In this document: positions 51,077 to 64,000 of the stretch, one piece after another
Layout: the number at the start of each line of letters is the position of its first letter
Numbering within the stretch: the first letter of the stretch is position 1
Assembly: GCA_951406725.2 (NCBI GenBank)
Contig: OX597837.1
Coordinates: forward strand, 35,278,001-35,342,000
Source of the DNA: Octopus vulgaris
Lineage: Eukaryota
Direction of reading: 5' to 3'
Length of the DNA: 64,000 nt
Position numbers and translations under genes: made by a program
Notes under the pieces: generated by a model
Seen by the model: the letters and a program-made list of their open reading frames with translations, nothing else
Told to the model about the DNA's origin: nothing
Database searches by the model: none

Positions 51077-52544
51077 CATTACTATTACTATTATTATTAT
51101 TATTATTATTTTTATTATTTTCCTTGTTATCGAGCAGGAGCAGCACCATAACGACTCTCAGTTGAGATAAAAGCATTCTTTGAATTCTCCTAACATCTCT
51201 AGTTTAAGTTTTACACAACAAAGAAATCCCACTGAAGTGGCCATATTTCTGTCTTCTAACATATCAAAGTTCAGGATCAAGGTTCTTGAGTGCAAACCTT
51301 CCAGGGATGGGTGGGCGGGGGAGTAGGATTCGATTTATAGAGTGGGACGGGGTGGGGGAATTACCTTTCTGCACCTTGGCACTTAAATTCGAGGTTGTGC
51401 TTCAGCAAGTGTTTTTGTTTTTTTTAATAAGCTTCTATGGCCATATGATTGACCCACTCTGCATCTGGGTCCCCTTACTCAACCCAACCTGTTATCGTTA
51501 CCGTGCTTCTTTTTTTATTCTCAGTCTGGTGGCAGGAGATGAAATGTTGATGTATCTTTATGATCCAGAAAGACTCAGCTCATGGAGTGGTGTTATACCG
51601 CTTCTACAAGGCCTAAGTTCAGGCACAAGTGATCAACACAGAACCGGTTTTGGGGACTGATTTGAAAGCTCTCAAGGTTGTCTTTTTCCTTGATTATCTG
51701 TACTGAGAAAACAATTTAGTGGAACATTGAGGTCCTGAATTTAAAGAAGCCATTAGGAGGAAAAGATTCAACAAGAATCTAAAAATAATTCACATTTCAG
51801 TGAGCAACCACATACATGTTTGGCTAAGTAAAGAACGGCCAAACATCTTTAAGTTGACTTGTTTATGTTCCTAAGTTATGTCCTTTTGCTTTTTTTTACT
51901 ACTTATCTCCCCCTTAATTTTTATTCTCTTTTATATATCCCTAAACCGAACAACTACCTTTCCACTATAGTCTCAGGCTGACCAAAGCCTTGTGAGTGGG
52001 TTTGGGAGACGGAAACTGAAAGAAGCCCGTCGTGTGTGCGTGTGTCTTCGATATCTAAGTTTGTCCATAAACAAAAACAACACAGAAAACATAGTTGTTA
52101 TTTAAGGCAGCGAGTTGGCAGAATCGTTAGCACGCCGGGCGAAATGCTTAGTGGTATTTCGTCTGTCACTACGTTCTGAGTTCAAATTCTGCCGAGGTCG
52201 ACTTTGCCTTTTATCCTTTCGGGGTCGATTAAATAAGTACGCACTGGGGTCGATGTAATCGACTTAATACCTATGTCTGTCCTTGTTTGTCCCCTCTATG
52301 TTTCGCCCCTTGGGGGTAATAAAGAAATAGGTATTTCGTCTGTCACTACATTCTGAGTTCAAATTCCGCCGAGGTCGACTTTGTCTTTCATCCTTTCGTG
52401 GTCGATAAATTAAGTACCAGTTACGCACTGGGGCCGATATAATCGACTTAATCCCTTTGTCCTTGTTTCTCCCCTCTGTCTAGCCCATTGTGGCCAATAA
52501 AGAAATAAGAAATAAGAAAACACAGTTGTTATCAATGCTATGTA

Positions 52545-54170
52545 CATGGTGTACCAGAAAAATTTACCCATATTTTAAACTTTTCTTAAAGAATATCAGT
52601 TCAGGTAATCAACATTTTACACGAAGATTTGCATATGTCTTTTGTTCGTGTGTCTATTGTTTCGTTCGTCTGTAAATGGTTAGTAAACATGGCGCAGAAA
52701 GCAAAACGTGACCGTATTGTTGCTTTGAAAACAGCTGGAGTGAGCAACAGGGGACATAAGAAAAGAGTTGAATGTGTAATGTAAAACAGTGTTCAATACC
52801 TGGAAATGGTATATATGGAGTCTGCTACTACCTCTAGCAAGTGTCCTTGTAACGTCTCCGGAGGCGCAATGGCCCAGTGGTTAGGGCAGCGGATTCGCGG
52901 TCGTAGGATCGCGGTTTCGATTCCCAGACCGGGCGTTGTGAGTGTTTATTGAGCGAAAACACCTAAAAGTTCCACGAGGCTCCGGCAGGGGATGGTGGTG
53001 ATCCCTGCTGTACTCTTTCACCACAACTTTCTCTCACTCTTACTTTCTGTTTCTGTTGTACCTGTATTTCAAAGGGCCGACCTTGTCACTCTCTGTGTCA
53101 CGCTGAATATCCCCGAGAACTACGTTAAGGGCACACGTGTCTGTGGAGTGCTCAGCCACTTACACGTTAATTTCACGAGCCGGCTATTCCGTTGATCGGA
53201 TCAACCGGAACCCTCGTCGTCGGAGTGCTTCCATTAGTAACGTCTCCTATATGTAAACCTTTTTATAGGTAAATAAAGAAATATACTACCTCTAGCAAGC
53301 CAATTCATCGTAGGAAAAGATAAATTCGTACCAAACAAACTGTTGGAGCTGCGAAGAAGCGAATGAACCGAAATCTCGGCAGGTGTTAAAGAAAAATTGC
53401 AAAAAGCTCTTGATATTTCGAAATCGTTGATGCACAAGATTTTTAAAGAGGATTTAAAGGTAACTGCGTACAAGAAACAATCTCAGCAGATAATTTCAGC
53501 AGCTTTCAAGAATAAACGGCTCGACAGGGATAAAACGATGTTAGCAGAGATGAAGAGTGCCGCTAACGATGTGTTGATTGGTCCGACGAGATCTTCACGG
53601 TGAAGGTAAGTTACCACCAGGCAGAATGATAGGCTTCATGCATGTAATACAGGAGACTTTCCCAAAGATAGCAGGAGTCATTTATGCTGTCAGAGGCCAG
53701 CTTCTCTCATGGTTGTGGGCCGCAGTTGCATCTGATGGGTCCATGTCTCCTTTCATCAATGCTGGCGTTAAAATCAACAGTGAAGTTTATGAAGAAATGT
53801 TGGATGAGAAAGTGTTACCCCCGGTCACAGAAATCTTTGATGACCTTTACATATTCATTCAAGACAGAAGTCCGGACCACACATCCAATTTGACACAGAG
53901 ATGGTGCAAAGAGGATTTCAGCGGTTTGGGGGACAAAATGGTATGGCTTCCATCAAGTCTAGACATCAATCCCATGGACTTTGCCATCTGGTCCATCTTG
54001 GAGAGTAATGTTTCTGCTTGCTCGTATACAGATGTGTCGAATCTGAAAAAAGCTCTTCTGTCTTCGTGGGTCAAGTCGGATGAAGTGGTGTCGTTCATGA
54101 AACTTAGTGACCACTTGTTTACAGGCTATGATCAAGGCGAAAGGTAGTCATTTCGAAATGTAGTTATTGC
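52545..54170 (+). pseudogene. Decayed maT-like (DD37D) Tc1/mariner transposon with nested insertions at 52842-53283
   Basis: TA|CATGGTGTACCAG left end; MAQKAKRDRIVALKTAGVSNRDI from 52689; IQD...(37 aa)...PMDFAIWSILE gives D37D spacing; stops and frameshifts present; right TIR not found. Confidence 0.8.
52860..53236 (+). mobile_element. tRNA-derived SINE (family C head) with 11-nt TSD
   Basis: GTAACGTCTCC at 52849-52859 and 53237-53247. Confidence 0.9.
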
Positions 54171-54229
54171 AATGGATTGACATGGTTTATTACACACATG
54201 TGAGTAAGAACACTTTGAGATATTTTTGG

Positions 54230-54570
54230 TATCTAACATATGTCAGATACTGCGAGCGCTGCTTCTGATTGGTCAATCCATGGTGATGACCCGAGGTCAC
54301 GGTGACGGCACTACTTTTGTCATTCATAAAACACGATGTGAAGAATTTAGTTATTGGGTTAATAAAATATGGTCGTTTATTCGTGTGTAATAAATAAAAT
54401 ACCAAACTCATTCCCTATGGATACCGTATTTATTACAACTCGTGGCTTGTAAACGTATCTAACTCACTTTCGCTCGTTAGATACGTTTACAAGCCACGAG
54501 TTGTAATAAATACGGTATCCATAGGGAATGAGTTTGGTATTCTCTATTTAAAACACAAGTGAGAGATATT
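54230..54570. mobile_element. Non-autonomous hairpin element, possibly Crypton-like
   Basis: Perfect 66-nt arms 54398-54463/54476-54541 with loop TCACTTTCGCTC; CTGATTGG near the left end. Family assignment is by resemblance only. Confidence 0.5.
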
Positions 54571-54714
54571 ATTCAAGTTTCTTCTTCATCTTTGCTCTTT
54601 GGAATCTGATTCTGAAGAAATGTTTTTTTGTAAACTAAGTCCATATATTGGCATACGAGTTGTGTGACATATGACACACGTCGTAAGAAACAGTTGGTGT
54701 TTTTTTGACAACAG

Positions 54715-54930
54715 AGCATAATTGCACACAAAGACTGTGTGAAGGAAAACCAGAAGAAACTAGATATGAACCAAAGTGATTGGGAAACTGATGTTCTGGA
54801 TCGGAACACATGGAGAGTCACTGTTAGAACTAGTTACAATGACTGGGAGGAAAAGATGATTCCGCACTCTGAGCTTAGAAGGGCCTATCGCAAAGGAACG
54901 ATTGGAACTAAAATCAACAATGAATATTAA
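54715..54930 (+). mobile_element. RTE LINE extreme C-terminal fragment
   Basis: KDCVKENQKKLDMNQSDWETDVLDRNTWRVTVR parallels the RTE end at 57825-58100. Confidence 0.6.
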
Positions 54931-55306
54931 ATATGCACACACACACACACACACACACACACGTGTGAAGGCGCGTGGCTAAGTGGTTAGAGCGTCGAGC
55001 TTACGATCGTGAGGTTGTGAGCTCGAATCCCGGACCGGGCTGCGTGTTGTGTTCTTGAGCAAGACACTTTATTTCACGTTGCTCCAGTTCACTCAGCTGT
55101 AGAAATGAGTTGCGACGTCACAGGTGCCAAGCTGAATCGGCCCCTTTGCCTTTCCCTTGGACAACATCGGTGACGTGGAGAGGGGAGGCCGGTATGCATG
55201 GGCGACTGCTGGTCTTCCATAAAACAACCTTACCCAGACTTGTGCCTCAGAGGGTAACTCTCTAGGTGCAAACCCATGGTCAGTGTCTGACCGAAGGGGA
55301 TCACCA

Positions 55307-55341
<35 letters not shown>

Positions 55342-56121
55342 CCACATACATGTACACACAATAATATGCACTCACACACACGCTCACGTTCCTAATTCGC
55401 TGCTGGGAGACTTCGTTCATCATTATTATATATTTTTTTATATTCATTCCTTCAGTTAACGAAAGAGAATCCTGTACATGATCACTTGACCTGCAAGTAG
55501 TAGCAGTTAAATCTCCTTCAAATCACACCCTACCACCTTAAAAAAAAAGATGCAAAAAACTAAAACCGAACATCACATAATGTAGTCCTAGATACACAAT
55601 GTATAAGTACGGGAGTGGCTGTGTGGTAAGTAGCTTGCTTACCAACCACATGGTTCCGGGTTCAGTCCCACTGTGTGGCACCTTGGGCAAGTGTCTTCTA
55701 CTATAGCATCGGGCCGACCAAAGCCTTGTGAGTGGATTTGGTAGACGGAAACTGAAAGAAGCCCGTCGTATATATGTATGTATATATATATATATATGTA
55801 TGTGTGTGTATATGTTTGTGTGTCTGTGTTTGTCCCCCCAACATCGCTTGACAACCGATGCTGGTGTGTTTACGTTCCCGTAACTCAGCGGTTCGACAAA
55901 AAAGACCGATAGAATAAGTACTAGGCTTACAAAGAATAAGTCCTGGGGTCGATTTGCTCGACCAAAGGCGGTGCTCCAGCATGGCCGCAGTCAAATGACG
56001 GAAACAAGTAGTAACAGAGTAAAAAGTAAACACTGGCTGATCATAGCGGCAATGCTTTTGATCATACATGTACGCTCGGTCAGAACTAACCTGGGGTTAA
56101 ACCACCACCACCACCACCACC

Positions 56122-56154
<33 letters not shown>

Positions 56155-56710
56155 GGAGCAGTAGCAGCAGCATCAGCAACTAATTAATTTGTAATGAGCA
56201 TGTGTTTGATAATTACTAATTGTTTCTTCGTTATGTTCATTAGTATCGGATCTTTTCAGTTTGAAGGCCAGATTTTCTTAGTTAACTAAACAATTTGAAA
56301 CTTCGTATACTGGTAGAATGTGTCAAAAGAAAACATAATTGTAAACCAAAATGAAAACGGAATTGTAATTTCTAAGTTTAACGTTGTTTAATAATTCGAA
56401 TTTTAACCAATGGTATTCTTTCTTTCGACCTCATATTATTTACTGCCTCTCAAAATATTGTTACTGTGACGTAAACAGCTATTTTGTGACGTAGTTAACG
56501 TAAACATGTAAACAGACCTAGAGATTCGTTTGTAACGTAAACACCCGTTCATCGTAAATAGCTAAATTCGCTTGGCATCGTACACAGCTTTTTCAGTTCC
56601 TTAGAATTATATTTGAAAGAAAATAAAAAGAAAAAGATTCATACGCATAAATATCCATCCTTAGAAATCAGAAAATGCGTGTTTAAATTATTTTCCATTG
56701 TTTGCATTGC

Positions 56711-56755
<45 letters not shown>

Positions 56756-57443
56756 TACATACACACATACTAAAATTACATCGTTGGAGCAGTAATTTAT
56801 TTATGTATTTTTTGTTATACAATTTATTTTAAAGCTGAATCCCTATCCTGCCATTAACCCCTTTCTTATAAAATAGTTGAAGAATCTGGGGTGTAGGAAT
56901 TGGGTCAGTATTGGAACTTTTAACTTCTTGCTCTCTATCTTATGATCTCCGAACTTTAAGAATCTTTTGTTAACTGGGCTCTTATTATTTACTCTGACTC
57001 TGCCACCACCTCAATGCAAAGACTATCAATATCAGAATCATCTTCACAACCACCACCACAACCATTACTACAACCTCCAATGCCACCACCACAACCCCAA
57101 GACCAATACCAGCATCATATTCAAAATCACCAATTTCACCCCCACTACACTCTGCAATGTCTTCAACACTACCATCCATGAGACATCCTAACATAATCAA
57201 TGCTACTACTACTATCATCATCATTATCATTATCATCCACTGCCGCCGCCACCACCACCACCTCTACAAAAACACCAACACTATAATTGCTGCCATCATA
57301 CACATCCACTGTCACCACTACACCACCACCACCACCGCTGCCATGATAACCACATCTACCACCTCCAACACCATTGCCACCACTATCTATGAGACATCCT
57401 AAGTTAGATACTACTTTCACTTTCTAGTTGCTCTTTGAGTTTA

Positions 57444-57692
57444 TCTTTATATATAAAAGAGAGGTTGTGTATCTGTCTCCTACGATTTAGATTCCTAACA
57501 ACTCCCACATTTTGCAGTGCAGTTTAACCAAAACCGGGTATCTTATAGTTGTATTAGCGCACGTCTACGATGAGTTTACGATTAAAAAAAAATTACCATC
57601 ATTTTTTCCGCATTTTTAATACATTTTCGCTCGGTTTATATAAGGGAAGTAACTCTCTAAAATGTATTATTAAATCTCAGAATGTAAAAAGC
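57444..57692 (+). mobile_element. Helitron-like 5' fragment
   Basis: A|TCTTTATATATAAAAGAGAGGTTGTG start, similar in style to the 28760 and 34410 elements. Confidence 0.45.
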
Positions 57693-57750
57693 TACATACA
57701 TATATATACGATTTATTTGTTACAGTTCCTGTCTACGAAATCCATATATA

Positions 57751-60432
57751 TTGTTGTTGGCATCCTTTTTGTCTCGGGAGACAATGGAGTTGCGCATAAA
57801 ATAATCTAGTCCGGCTTTTACATTTCATGTCCTAATACATCTCTTGCTGTGGCTGTGTAGTCCTATCCGGGACAAACACTCCCTCTGGCAGGTGCCGTAA
57901 ATGTAGCGAAGACTTTGCCTGACTGGTTGTAATGTCATAGTTTCTTGTTGACGTATTTTCTTGTCTTTCCATTTCTCCTTTCTCACTATGTCACTCCTTT
58001 GTGTTCCCTCTTTTACGGTACGTCGCCAATCTCCACGGTTGCTGGCAACTGCTTCCCAGTTGGTAATTTGATGTTGCAGGCATTCATGTCCCTTTTGCAA
58101 ACATCCTTGTATCGTAAGAACAGTCTTCCCACAGACCTAGTGCCCCTAGCAAGCTCTCCGTTGAGTATGTCCTTGGGGATTCTGCCATCTTCCATACGGC
58201 TAACATGTCCAAGCCATCTCATACGTCTTTGTGTGAAGAGTGCAAACATGCTTGGTATTCCTGCTTGCTTGAGGACATCTTTGTTAGGGACATGATTCTG
58301 CCATTTGATGCGATGGATTTTCCGGAGACAGCGCAGGTGAAAGATATTTAGGCGACGTATGGCGTCGTATGGCGTGTGTATGGCGTCAAAGTCATACAGT
58401 AGAGTGCTAAGTACACATGCCTGGTAAATCTTCATTTTTGTGGTCTTGGTCAGCTTATTGTTGTCCCATGCGCGTTTGGTGAGTTGGGCCATCACAGCAG
58501 CTGCCTTGCCAATGCGTATATTGAGCTCAGCATCAAGGGATAGGTTGTAGGTGACGGTAGAGCCAAGATAGGTAAACTTCTCCACCTCCTATACTCTGTG
58601 GTCTCCAATATGTATGTTTGGGATGTCCGATGTAGTCTGACCCATGATGTTGGTCTTCTTGAGGCTGATAACTAAGCCAAAGTTGCCAAATGCTTGCTCA
58701 AAACAGCTGCTGAGCCTTCGTAGGGCTTCTTCTGTGTGTGATACCAGAGCGGCATCATCAGCAAATAGCATCTCCTTGATCAGGACGCTTCTGAGATTTT
58801 GGTCTTGGCACGCAGACGCGAGAGATTGAACAGCTTCCCATCACTTCTACTGTGCAGAAACACTCCATCATCTGATGTCTCAAAGGCATGTGACAGCAGC
58901 AGCGAGAAGATGCCAAATAATGTAGGAGCAAGGACACAACCTTGCTCTACCCCATTTTTTTATTTGGAAGGCGGCTGATGTTGAACCATTGTGCTGTATG
59001 GTGCCTTGCATATTAGCATGGAATGATTTGATGATCCTCAACAGCTTTGGTGAACATCCGATTTTTTGGAGCAGGATGAAGAGGCTTTTTCTACTTACCA
59101 AGTCAAAGCCCTTTGTCAGATCAATGAAGGCCATATATAATGGCATGTTCTGCTCTCTGGACTTCTGAAGTTGGCGTATGGAGAATATCATGTCAATAGT
59201 TGATCTGCTTCTTCTAAAGCCACACCGCGATTCTGGATAAATTCGAGAAGCAATTAGTTGCAGCCTGGACAGGATAATGCGAGTAGAGGCCTTTCCAACT
59301 GTGCTTAGAAGAGATATTCCACGGTAATTGTTACAATCATCACGGTCACTTTTATTTTTGTAAAGCGTAATGATGTTAGCATCCCGCATATTCTGAGGGA
59401 CTGTACCCTCTAACCAGCACTGACACAGAAGCTCATGAATGTGCCGAAGCAGGATGATGTTTTTGCCGGTTTTGATGATCTCTAAGGGGATGCCGTCTTT
59501 TCCCGGAGCCTTGTTACTTACTAGGGAGTCAATAGATTTGGTGAGCTCTGCTATAGATGGCAGACTGTCAAGTTCACACATGACTGGCAAGATCTTGACA
59601 CCCTCGATTGCAGCCTCAGCTACCTCTCGTGAGTAGAGATCCTGGTAGTACTCCATCCATGTATCCATTTGCTTGCTTTGGTCCTTGATGAGATCTCCAG
59701 TAGTTGATTTCAGAGGGGCTGAGGTGGTTGCGGATGGACCGAGGGCCTTCTTCAAACCGGCATACATCCCACGGGTGTCGCCACTGTCAGCAGCTGACTG
59801 GATACTCTGACATTTGCACAGCGTCTGGCAGCGAGTTGGGTTTTATTTCTTGCCTTTCTGAGTTCTTCGAGTGACTTTGTAGAAGAAACACTCTTGTATT
59901 GCATCAGAGCTGCACGCTTTGCTTCGATAACTGTTTCCAGCTCTGAGAGCCCAGCACTGAACAAAATCTGGGTTTTACCTTTCTCTCATTCCGAAAGTAT
60001 CTATTGATGTTGTATACGAAGCTTCCTTGATATAATTCCACCTACTTTCAGCAGAGGAGGTTGGGCAGCTACTGAGGGCAACCTTGATAGAAACAGCAAA
60101 ACATTGTCGCAGTGTAGGGTCCGAGGTTCTGGCAGTGTTAATGCGTGGTTGGCTCATTTTCTTGGAGTGATGGACTTTTTAGGCAGAATCCTCACCCTTC
60201 TTATTAGTGAATGATCTGTGTCACAATCCGCGCTACGGGTCAGTTGAACAGAATTCAGAAAGGATCTTCGTGTAATGATGAGATCCAACTGATGCCAGTG
60301 GGGAGATCTTGGATGTCTCCAAGATGCCTTGTGGGATGTCTTGTTGGGAAAGAATGTGTTGGTGATGCACAGGTTATGGTATGTGCAAAATTCAAGTAGT
60401 CTCTGGCCATTGTCATTCATGTTGCCAATACT
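57751..60432 (-). mobile_element. 5'-truncated, frameshifted RTE (BovB-like) LINE: partial APE endonuclease + reverse transcriptase
   Basis: NDNGQRLLEFC...SWRHPRSPHWHQLD...DCDTDH (APE); NYRGISLLS, GFRRSRSTIDMIF, FIDLTKGFD, LFADDAAL, FTYLGS, RWLGHVSRM (RT and C-terminus); (CAA)n 3' end. Confidence 0.95.
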
Positions 60433-60504
60433 AAAACACATACACTTACATATATACATATATATACGATTGATTTGTTTCAGTTCCTGTCCACGAAATC
60501 CATA

Positions 60505-60539
<35 letters not shown>

Positions 60540-61243
60540 GTATGTACACATACACACACACAAAGATAAATTGATAGATACAACTGAGTGGGCAAACAAA
60601 AATGTGAGACACTGCGTAAAGCTTTTTTAAATTTTGATAAGCCTGGTACTTATTCTATCAGTTTCTTCTTGTGAAACCAGTATGTTATGGGGATGTAAAT
60701 AAACGAACACCAGTTGTGAAGCAGTGATGAGAGAGAAACACAAAGACACACACACAGACTTACATACATACATATATATACGATTGATTTCTTTCAGTTT
60801 CTGTCTACAAAATCCACTGACAAGGCTTTGGTTGGTCTCAGGCTATAGTAGAAGACACATGCCAAGTTACCACACAGTGGGACTGAACTGAGAACCATGC
60901 GTTTTGGAACCATAAGAATACTTATGCATAAATCTAAAATCTTAAATAATTTCTTTGTTATTGTAGTATATATCAGTAAAAAATGGAATATTCCCAAAAT
61001 TGCATGATTAACTAAATGATTTTCATTTCTCATTTAAACGTGGCAATCCTCTTGAAAAAGAGATAGTGCCTTACTGCTTTCTGCTGGATTTTACCTCGAG
61101 AAAGGAACCCTGAGGAAGGAGGGCTGAATTTCGAATACTTCGTACAACAAACGGCTGCAGGTTAGGAAAAAAATTTAATCGCCACTTTCAATTTAGGTTT
61201 TTATTTTTCATGTTTTTATTTGTATTTCGTTGTTATGTTTATA

Positions 61244-61811
61244 TTGGGTTGTCCAGAAAGTTCGTTCCGATTTTTAAAGGAAAGTACATGGTCACTAAAT
61301 ACTTGCCATTACATTTTTAATGAACCAAATCTGAACCATTTCGTTGCACAATACGTCTCCATCTTACCTTTACCTTAAAAATACCCTCTTCCCAGAATTG
61401 GGGTGGTTTCAAGGCAAATAATTCATCAAGGTATCTTTTTACGTCATCTAAGGAATTGAAATTTTCACCATTAAGACTATTCTGCAGAGACCTGAATAAG
61501 TGGAAATCCGAAGGAGGTAATATCTGGTGAATATGGAGGGTGGGGTAAGTCACCCCAGCGAAGCTGCATCAATTTTTGTCTGGTTCCCAAAGCATCAAAT
61601 GCCGATAATGAATTTTTCTCATCTTTTAATTTAAAGGGTTAGAGAATTAACACAGGTTATTGGAACATAAACCTTCTTCCACGAAAAGATAGATTAAACT
61701 GTGCTCCAAATGGAGGTGTTGTCAAATCCTATTTTATGGACTCAAACATGTTCTAAAATAAGTCGAAAGATAAGCTACTATAAATCTGCAAGAACTTTCC
61801 GGACAACCCAA
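61244..61811 (-). mobile_element. Internally deleted mariner element
   Basis: TA|TTGGGTTGTCCAGAAAGTTC ... GAACTTTCCGGACAACCCAA|TA; residual PSDFHLFRSLQNSL...FWEEGIFK...RWRRIV. Confidence 0.85.
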
Positions 61812-62210
61812 TATTTCTATATTTTTATCATGAAATTCTTAATATAAATATGTGGATATTCGTATGGAATAATACCTCATGTGCTACATCTGAATTTTCT
61901 TGTCTGAATGTTTTAAGACAAATATCCGAAATTTTTATCGTATACCACATTTTATTAATACTTAGCTCATATACGGAGACAAAAATGTTGTACTATATAC
62001 TGCAGGTTATCTCCATTAAAATTATATTTAGCATTAGAATTCTTCAAGTTGTATAAAAATGGTTATTGTCGGCATCATTCGAAAGCGAAATAAATTTTGC
62101 ATAAGGTGTAAAAGATAAAAATAATTTGTATGGTGTTAGTAACAAAATATTTTGTAAGAAATAGAACTTTTATCGTCTGTCTTAAATATATTTTCGCCAG
62201 TGTATATATC

Positions 62211-63297
62211 TCAGGTCATCCCATAAGTTCTGTCTGAATTTTGGATAAAGAATACAAGTGATCAAATGTTATATTTAATCATCAATGTACTTTCCCTAAT
62301 TATCTATGACTTACTTCCATCTATTTACAAGCTTTTTAATCCCGTCAATGTAAAACTCTTTTGGTTTCAAAGCGAAGAACTCTGAAATGTCAGGTTCGAC
62401 CTCCCCCTGGCTTGCGAAAGTTGTATCCCCCTACTAATTCTGTAAACTATGAAACAAATGGTATCCTGAAGGAGTAAGGTCGGGAGAATAAGTTGGATGA
62501 AGAAATTTTTTCAAACCGACCCCTTCGATCTTCTGTGATGTGATCTTTGCAATGTGGGGTTGCGCATTGTCCTGATGAAACATCACTCGTTTTCGACTCA
62601 CTAAAGCGGCTCTTTTTTCCTTCAAAGCTTGGTTCAAATGCTCTAATTGCTGACAGTAGACTTGAGCATTGATTGTTGCATTAGGTGGTAACAATATAAA
62701 GTGAATTACGCCTTTGCAATCGCACCAGATAGAGAGAACCTTTTTCCCATGAAGTTCCCTTCTCGGTTGTGGTTGAGAATTTTCCCTCTTACCAAGCCAC
62801 TGTTTACGACGTCTAACATTTCGATAGAAAATCCATTTTTCATCACAAGTCTATCGAAAAAGGGTGAAATGAGTTTGCGAGAATGGAGAGAAGAGCAGAT
62901 GCCAACTCGGGATTTGCGGTTGCTTTCAGACAATACATAAGGCACCTATTTTCCAAGTTTAGGAATCTTTCCACGTTGTTGAAGATGACGATGAACTGTT
63001 GTATGGTTTGAAGTAAGCTTTATTGCCAATTCTTCAACTGATAATGACGGATTTTCTTCAAGTAATGCCTCAAGGAGCTTGTCAAACTCAACTGGACATC
63101 CTGTTCGATATTCATCTTCAATTTTGCAGACGATCTCCTGCAAGTTCTTTCATTCGAGCACTTTGCCATAAACTGAGTGTATGTTTCGAGTCACTTCGGC
63201 AGCAGAGTTACCTTTATTGTACTCATAAAGAATTATATGTGCCTTAAATGCTCCTTGGATACTTTCATGTTGAAAGGGTTTTAATCAAAGCAATTTT
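62211..63297 (-). pseudogene. Decayed mariner (DD34D-type) transposase
   Basis: Fragments GCPVEFD..., TINAQVYCQQL...FHQDNAQPH...HPTYSPDLTPSGYHLFHSLQN; terminus TCAGGTCATCCCATAAGTTCTGTC; 5' end interrupted at ~63298. Confidence 0.85.
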
Positions 63298-64000
63298 AGG
63301 GTGTCCACGAAGTCTGGGTTTATAGAATAAAATCATAACATAAACAAATAAATATAAGAAATAATAATTTTCCTTTTTTACTTTTGTTTAAATTAAATAA
63401 AAAAAAAATACTTTACTTTTCTAAATTTATTTGTTATTTTTTCTACAGATGATCGAATGATGGCTCTGTCTAAAGAAGAAAGAATCCCAGATCGAATGAT
63501 GAATCTGTCTAAAGAAGAAAGAATCGAGTTAGTATTATTAAGTGGACGAGAGGGATGGTCTTATCGCAAAATTGCGGAAGAATTCAATCTTCCACACCCT
63601 TGTAGGCAACCTATTTATTTTACTGCCGTCAGGAAATTGATCAAGAAATTTAAAGAAACAGGCAGTGTTTCGAATAAACCCCGTTCCGGGCGACCAAAGA
63701 CTTCAGATGAAACTAAAGAGGCTGTCGAGGCTAAAGTTTCTGCTAGCTAGCCCCCCCCCCAAATCACTTCGTCGGACATCTACGGTGTTAGGTGTTCCAA
63801 AACCAACCATCCACAAAATGCTGGTTGAGGAAAAGTTTCATCGATACAACCTACAGATATTGCATCACTTAAATGAAGACGATCCTGATAGACGAATGTA
63901 GACGTGCGAATGGTTTTCAGATAAATTGGATGAAAATATCAATTTTACGAAAAACTTTGTGTTGTTCAGTGACAAAGCTACGTTTTATGTAAATGGTGAG
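63298..64000 (+). pseudogene. 5' part of a decayed Tc1-like transposon (HTH + start of catalytic domain); runs off the window
   Basis: AGGGTGTCCACGAAGTC left end; SYRKIAEEFN...LIKKFKETGSV..KPRSGRP...SLRR...LNEDDPDRRM*..VLFSDKATFYVNG, with stops and a frameshift. Confidence 0.85.

Noticed and set aside
52860-52935. tRNA genes at SINE heads (also 4535, 40872, 48286-48357, 54966)
   Set aside because: No complete acceptor stem is evident and each continues into a repeated SINE body. tRNAscan-SE could not be run.
61105-61150. CTGAGGAAGG...CGAATAC hammerhead-like string
   Set aside because: No GAAA and no stem I pairing.

Overview
AT-rich, repeat-saturated animal genomic DNA. The SINE repertoire and microsatellite load point to a coleoid cephalopod, most likely Octopus (inference). 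Only one convincing host coding segment is present: a minus-strand exon (48759-49060) encoding a doublecortin (DCX) domain of the DCDC2 type and ending at a GTAAGT donor. I could not find the next exon, so most of the window may be one very large intron. The rest consists of four SINE families, decayed LINEs (RTE, CR1/L2-like, R4/Dong-like, HERO-like), Tc1/mariner/maT remnants, piggyBac/hAT/Tc1 MITEs, non-autonomous Helitrons, a Crypton-like hairpin element, and long microsatellites that generate most of the spurious ORFs. The most interesting hidden layer is 12 type I hammerhead-ribozyme (HHR)-like motifs from about 8 different short elements, mostly next to (TA)n tracts and often with fold-back ends. 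One family is physically linked to a Penelope-type GIY-YIG C-terminus. One motif has a fully canonical core with a very long stem II, one has a compensatory G3:C8 core swap, three share a U4C variant, and one is fused behind a tRNA-like Pol III head. All folding and alignments were done by eye, and ribozyme activity and novelty are untested.
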